Source: Tubiluchus corallicola
Lineage: Eukaryota; Animalia; Priapulida
Length of the DNA stretch: 12,561 bases
Assembly (NCBI GenBank): GCA_030141605.1
Contig: JAQGDQ010002158.1
Location: forward strand, 1 to 12,561
Direction of reading: 5' to 3'
Below the pieces are notes generated by a model that saw only the letters and a list, made by a program, of their open reading frames with translations, ran no database searches and was not told the DNA's origin. A program made the translations under genes and the position numbers. Shown in pieces: positions 9,609 through 12,561 of this stretch; position 1 is the stretch's first letter, and every line of letters starts with the position of its first letter.

Positions 9609-9850
9609 TGGTTTTCTGGGTCAACAATTAACATAAGTTCCAGAGAGTTTTTGTGCCGACTGTAAATAACAACCTACAACTACATAACAGAGACTATTAT
9701 TGCCCCACTTTTACCCTAAATACCACGCGTCAGGCAGGGCAACAGCAGGTACCATTTTTAAAATCTTGGGTATGACCCAGCCACAGTATCAAACTCACAA
9801 CCTCCCAGACGGAAAGCAGACGCGCGTTACCACTAGACTAAACCATGTCG
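9609..9850 (-). mobile_element. tRNA-derived SINE with a probable Meta/MESC central domain
   Basis: On the minus strand: A-box-like TAGTCTAGTGG, degenerate B-box GAGTTTGATAC, then GGGTCATACCCAAGATTTTAAAAATGGTACCTGCTGTTGCCCTGCCTGACGC, resembling the Meta/MESC SINE domain as recalled. Boundaries approximate. Confidence 0.7.
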
Positions 9851-10179
9851 TATGGAGTAAAGAAATGTTGTGAAAAAGTGCATATTGTGTAGGCAATATT
9901 TGATTTAAATATTTGTTTATATGCCTTTGCACTGTTCAAGTCAGGATCCAGCACTCACTGCACAGAATGCTTAATATAAGTGTTTGTGGTGAGACTGGAA
10001 TCTTGCTATTTGTCAAGGAAAATGAGCCATTGAACTGGTAAGATGTCCTAGCCCCGTTCTCTTGTCTAATGTACTTTCTTACTAAGTACGTAGCGGGTAA
10101 AACTGGCAAGAGGCATTTTCAGACTGTTGCCTTTCTATTTACTGACCAGATTCAGTGTTGTTTATCTTGTTTGTTGCAG

Positions 10180-10261
10180 CTACTTTGCAAGATCATCTAG
10201 TCGGTGAAGATATCATAGCAGATTATATGCTGTACTGGCTGAACAAAAATGAAAAATATGA
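10180..10261 (+). CDS. MTG1: MTG1 internal exon
   Basis: ttgttgcag acceptor and gtaagt donor; phase-compatible with the previous exon; (A)[26 protein letters not shown](E) versus human TVLDHLVGEETMADYLLYTLNKHQRF as recalled. Confidence 0.93.
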
Positions 10262-10343
10262 GTAAGTGTCTAACTTCTTCAGGACCGCACCATTCAAAAT
10301 GAGTTTTATAAGACCTATGACTTTTCTGCTACTGTACGAGCAC

Positions 10344-10461
10344 GTACGGCCATATCGCGTTGAAAACACCGGTTCTCGTCTGATCACCGAAGTTAAGCAA
10401 CGTAGAGCCTGGTTAGTACTTGGATGGGTGACCACCTAGGAATACCAGGTGCTGTAGGCTT
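10344..10461 (+). pseudogene. 5S rRNA-derived sequence (near full length) forming the head of a retroposed element
   Basis: TACGGCCATATCGCGTTGAAAACACCGGTTCTCGTCTGATCACCGAAGTTAAGCAACG...GGATGGGTGACC...GCTGTAGGCTT; first 2-3 nt missing or altered; ACCACCTAGG in place of canonical ACCGCCTGGG; no T4+ Pol III terminator downstream. Confidence 0.93.
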
Positions 10462-10916
10462 GCGGGATGCCCACACTGTATCTCGACACTAGGCGGAGGA
10501 GCTGCACAAGCAGCCAACGGCTAGAGGGCGGAGCAGGTCAAGTGACCTAACGGCCATGTGTAGAGGAGTATTGTTGTTGTTGTTATTGTTAGAGGAGTAA
10601 ACCTTCCAAATCAGGAGTGGAGCCCCAAAGGCGGACCAGCGCAGCATGCTCACTGACTCCGGCAGCCAACCTGGTGCCAAACATATTGCTCCGCTTTCCT
10701 TTGGACTACACCAGGGAGGAAGAGAGGGGGTTCCTGTTGTCTGGGCAACTCAGGATCTCCATACATTTTGCCCAGGCGTGCACCCTGGAGACGTTCAAAG
10801 ATCGGATTGCTCAGCCACAGTCGACGCTGCAGCTCCATCAATGTGATCAATAACTGACTCTCTGCACACACTCCATTGTCTTCAGAGACAGAAAGATGCC
10901 AACAACAACAACAACA
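10344..10916 (+). mobile_element. 5S-headed (SINE3-like) retroposon with bipartite RTE-derived body and (AAC)n tail
   Basis: 8-bp TSD ACGAGCAC at 10336-10343 and 10917-10924; 10462-10791 resembles RTE 5' UTRs as recalled; 10792-10857 encodes RSKIGLLSHSRRC...stop, like an RTE ORF C-terminus; ends GATGCC(AAC)n. Confidence 0.8.
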
Positions 10917-11198
10917 ACGAGCACAGACATGAAATGTCGATACGATATCGATAAAAACACATTTTTTGTATCGTTATCATTAACATCGCTAAAATGCAGG
11001 GCTCATAGTGGCATTTACCGCTCATCTTTCACTGATCACTTGCAACACTCGTTGAGTACACGTGGTAAGCATAAAGCAACACAGAAAATTCATTACATCA
11101 TTAGAAACTAAATTGATTGTCTTAATTAAGGTTGTTTGACGGTAGAGACAAAACAGCCAAAGCCAGCAACACAAAAACACTACTAGAGAAATTAAACT

Positions 11199-11384
11199 CA
11201 TGAACCTTTGTTATTTTGACAGGTACATGAACCTTTGTTATCTTCACAGGTACATGAACCTTTGTTATTTTCACAGGTACATGAACCTTTGTTATTTTGA
11301 CAGGTACATGAACCTTTGTTATCTTCACAGGTACATGAACCTTTGTTATTTTCACAGGTACATGAACCTTTGTTATTTTGACAG
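11199..11384 (+). repeat. 27-bp tandem repeat x7 composed of the MTG1 3' splice site
   Basis: Unit CATGAACCTTTGTTATYTTSACAGGTA; AG dinucleotides end at 11222, 11249, 11276, 11303, 11330, 11357 and 11384. Confidence 0.97.
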
Positions 11385-11497
11385 ATACGTGGACTACTTT
11401 GGTCTTCAAAAACCCATGGATGACATAATAGAACTTCTAGTGAGAATTGCTGTCGATAATAAAAAAGTTTTGAAAATGAAATCAGCAGAAGGAAAAG
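11385..11497 (+). CDS. MTG1: MTG1 internal exon (the 5' boundary may lie further upstream within the 27-bp array)
   Basis: ttttgacag acceptor and AAG|gtgaaa donor; phase-compatible; YVDYFGLQKPMDDIIELLVRIAVDNKKVLKMKSAEGK versus human YVQHYGLGSACDNVERVLKSVAVKLGKTQKVKVLTGT as recalled. Confidence 0.85.
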
Positions 11498-12231
11498 GTG
11501 AAAAAACTATTTTAGTAGTATAGCTGCGTTGTTTCTGCGGAGTCTGACTCCAGAATCAGGTATACTAGTTTTCCGTCAAACGTGACGGCATCTTCAAAAC
11601 TGGACGATTGTGCAGACGTTAGTTCAAAGCTATGCGCGGCTCCGCGAATCCACTAAGACTGGCAATGGTTCCATTCAGTCATGTTCGCATAGCCAACAAA
11701 TTCACCCGGCACCGTGATAAACATGATCGTGAACTGCAGTGTTCATTTGTGATGTCGGGGTGATGTAGATCGATCTCATTTCCTGGCATCACATCAGCAC
11801 ACATAATCTTTGCATACGCAAACGTGCTTGACGCGCAGGGAAGATGCCTGCCATTGAACAAACCTTGGTTAGTTTGTGAAGTAAGCGATAGCTGCATTCG
11901 GTTGCGATTAATTAATTTTTCAAAGTAATTATTCAAACATTAAAAACAACTGCTGACTTTTATGGGCAAGAAAACGTTTATTTTGGACACTAAATTAAAA
12001 TGAGATTGAATCTGATCAGTTGTCTGATTTTCTTTTAAATTGCGAACTTCTTTGCTGCATCAGCTAAATGTAGTTAAACAAAATTGTAATTGTGTTGTCA
12101 CCTGCACTAATAATTCTTGCAGCAAAATACCAAAATGTCATTTTAATTATGCATGAGCTGTGAAATACTCAGGGCCGATTTTGAGCAAGTTTGACAGATT
12201 TCTTCAAATCGAGCCCCACGCGAAGAAGGGA

Positions 12232-12561
12232 CCCCCACACACGCTCGAGGAGAGGATTCGATGATGAATTAATGAGTGTCCAGTGTGCACGAAGTCTCTT
12301 CATACTGTGAAGGCAGTGAAACTATTCAGTCTGCCCCCCCCCCACACACACTCACGCTCGAGGAGAGGATTCGATGATGAATTAATGAGTGTCCAGTGTG
12401 CACGAAGTTTCTTGATACTGTAAAGGCAGTGAAACTATTCAGTCTGTCTCCCCCCCACACACACACTCGAGCGAAGGACACTTTGATGAATTAATGACTG
12501 TCCAGGGTGGATGAAGTTTCTTGATACTGTGAATGCAGTGAAACTATTCAGTCTGTCCTCG
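12232..12561. repeat. ~109-113-bp tandem repeat (about 3 copies, running off the window) containing poly-C and (CA)n tracts
   Basis: CTCGAGGAGAGGATTCGATGATGAATTAATGAGTGTCCAGTGTGCACGAAG...GGCAGTGAAACTATTCAGTCTG repeated at ~12244, ~12357 and ~12466 (third copy more diverged). Confidence 0.92.

Noticed and set aside
10342-10461. Functional 5S rRNA gene
   Set aside because: Altered 5' end, substitutions near the 3' end of the internal promoter region, no oligo-T terminator, not in a tandem 5S array, and enclosed by TSDs together with retroposon sequence.
10462-10790. HDV-like ribozyme in the RTE-like 5' UTR
   Set aside because: A hairpin is present (~10738-10778) but I could not build the nested double pseudoknot by eye; an RNArobo or Infernal search would be needed.
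11122-11523. Stand-alone repeat proteins (KITKVHVPV on minus; 107-aa ORF on plus)
   Set aside because: Translations of the 27-bp array; the non-repetitive part of the plus ORF is an MTG1 exon running into the intron.
11522-12215. Possible DNA transposon or MITE remnants (GGAGTCTGACTCC palindrome at ~11539; imperfect inverted repeat at ~12172-12216) and the 85-aa minus ORF
   Set aside because: No paired TIRs with a TSD and no recognisable protein motif; too weak to call.

Overview
AT-rich eukaryotic genomic DNA, probably from an invertebrate; the 5S rRNA and SINE sequences look mollusc-like (inference). The window appears to lie inside the MTG1 gene (mitochondrial ribosome-associated GTPase 1, + strand), with three internal exons at 9061-9157, 10180-10261 and 11385-11497. 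The introns are packed with repeats: an (AAT)n microsatellite; a young BEL/Pao LTR retroelement (836-5976; 391-bp LTRs differing at 2 sites, ACATA TSD, tRNA-Phe PBS) whose single open ORF encodes Gag and protease but no RT, RNase H or integrase; an 85-bp x22 satellite; a 42/84-bp satellite; tRNA-SINE copies; and a TSD-flanked retroposon built from a near-full-length 5S rRNA head, a bipartite RTE-like body and an (AAC)n tail. Most unusual are (i) a 27-bp x7 tandem array made of the MTG1 splice acceptor itself, in frame and stop-free, with an AG|GT junction in six of the seven copies, (ii) the 5S-RTE composite SINE, and (iii) the in-frame Gag-protease-only BEL element, which carries a strand-biased set of consensus antisense splice sites.
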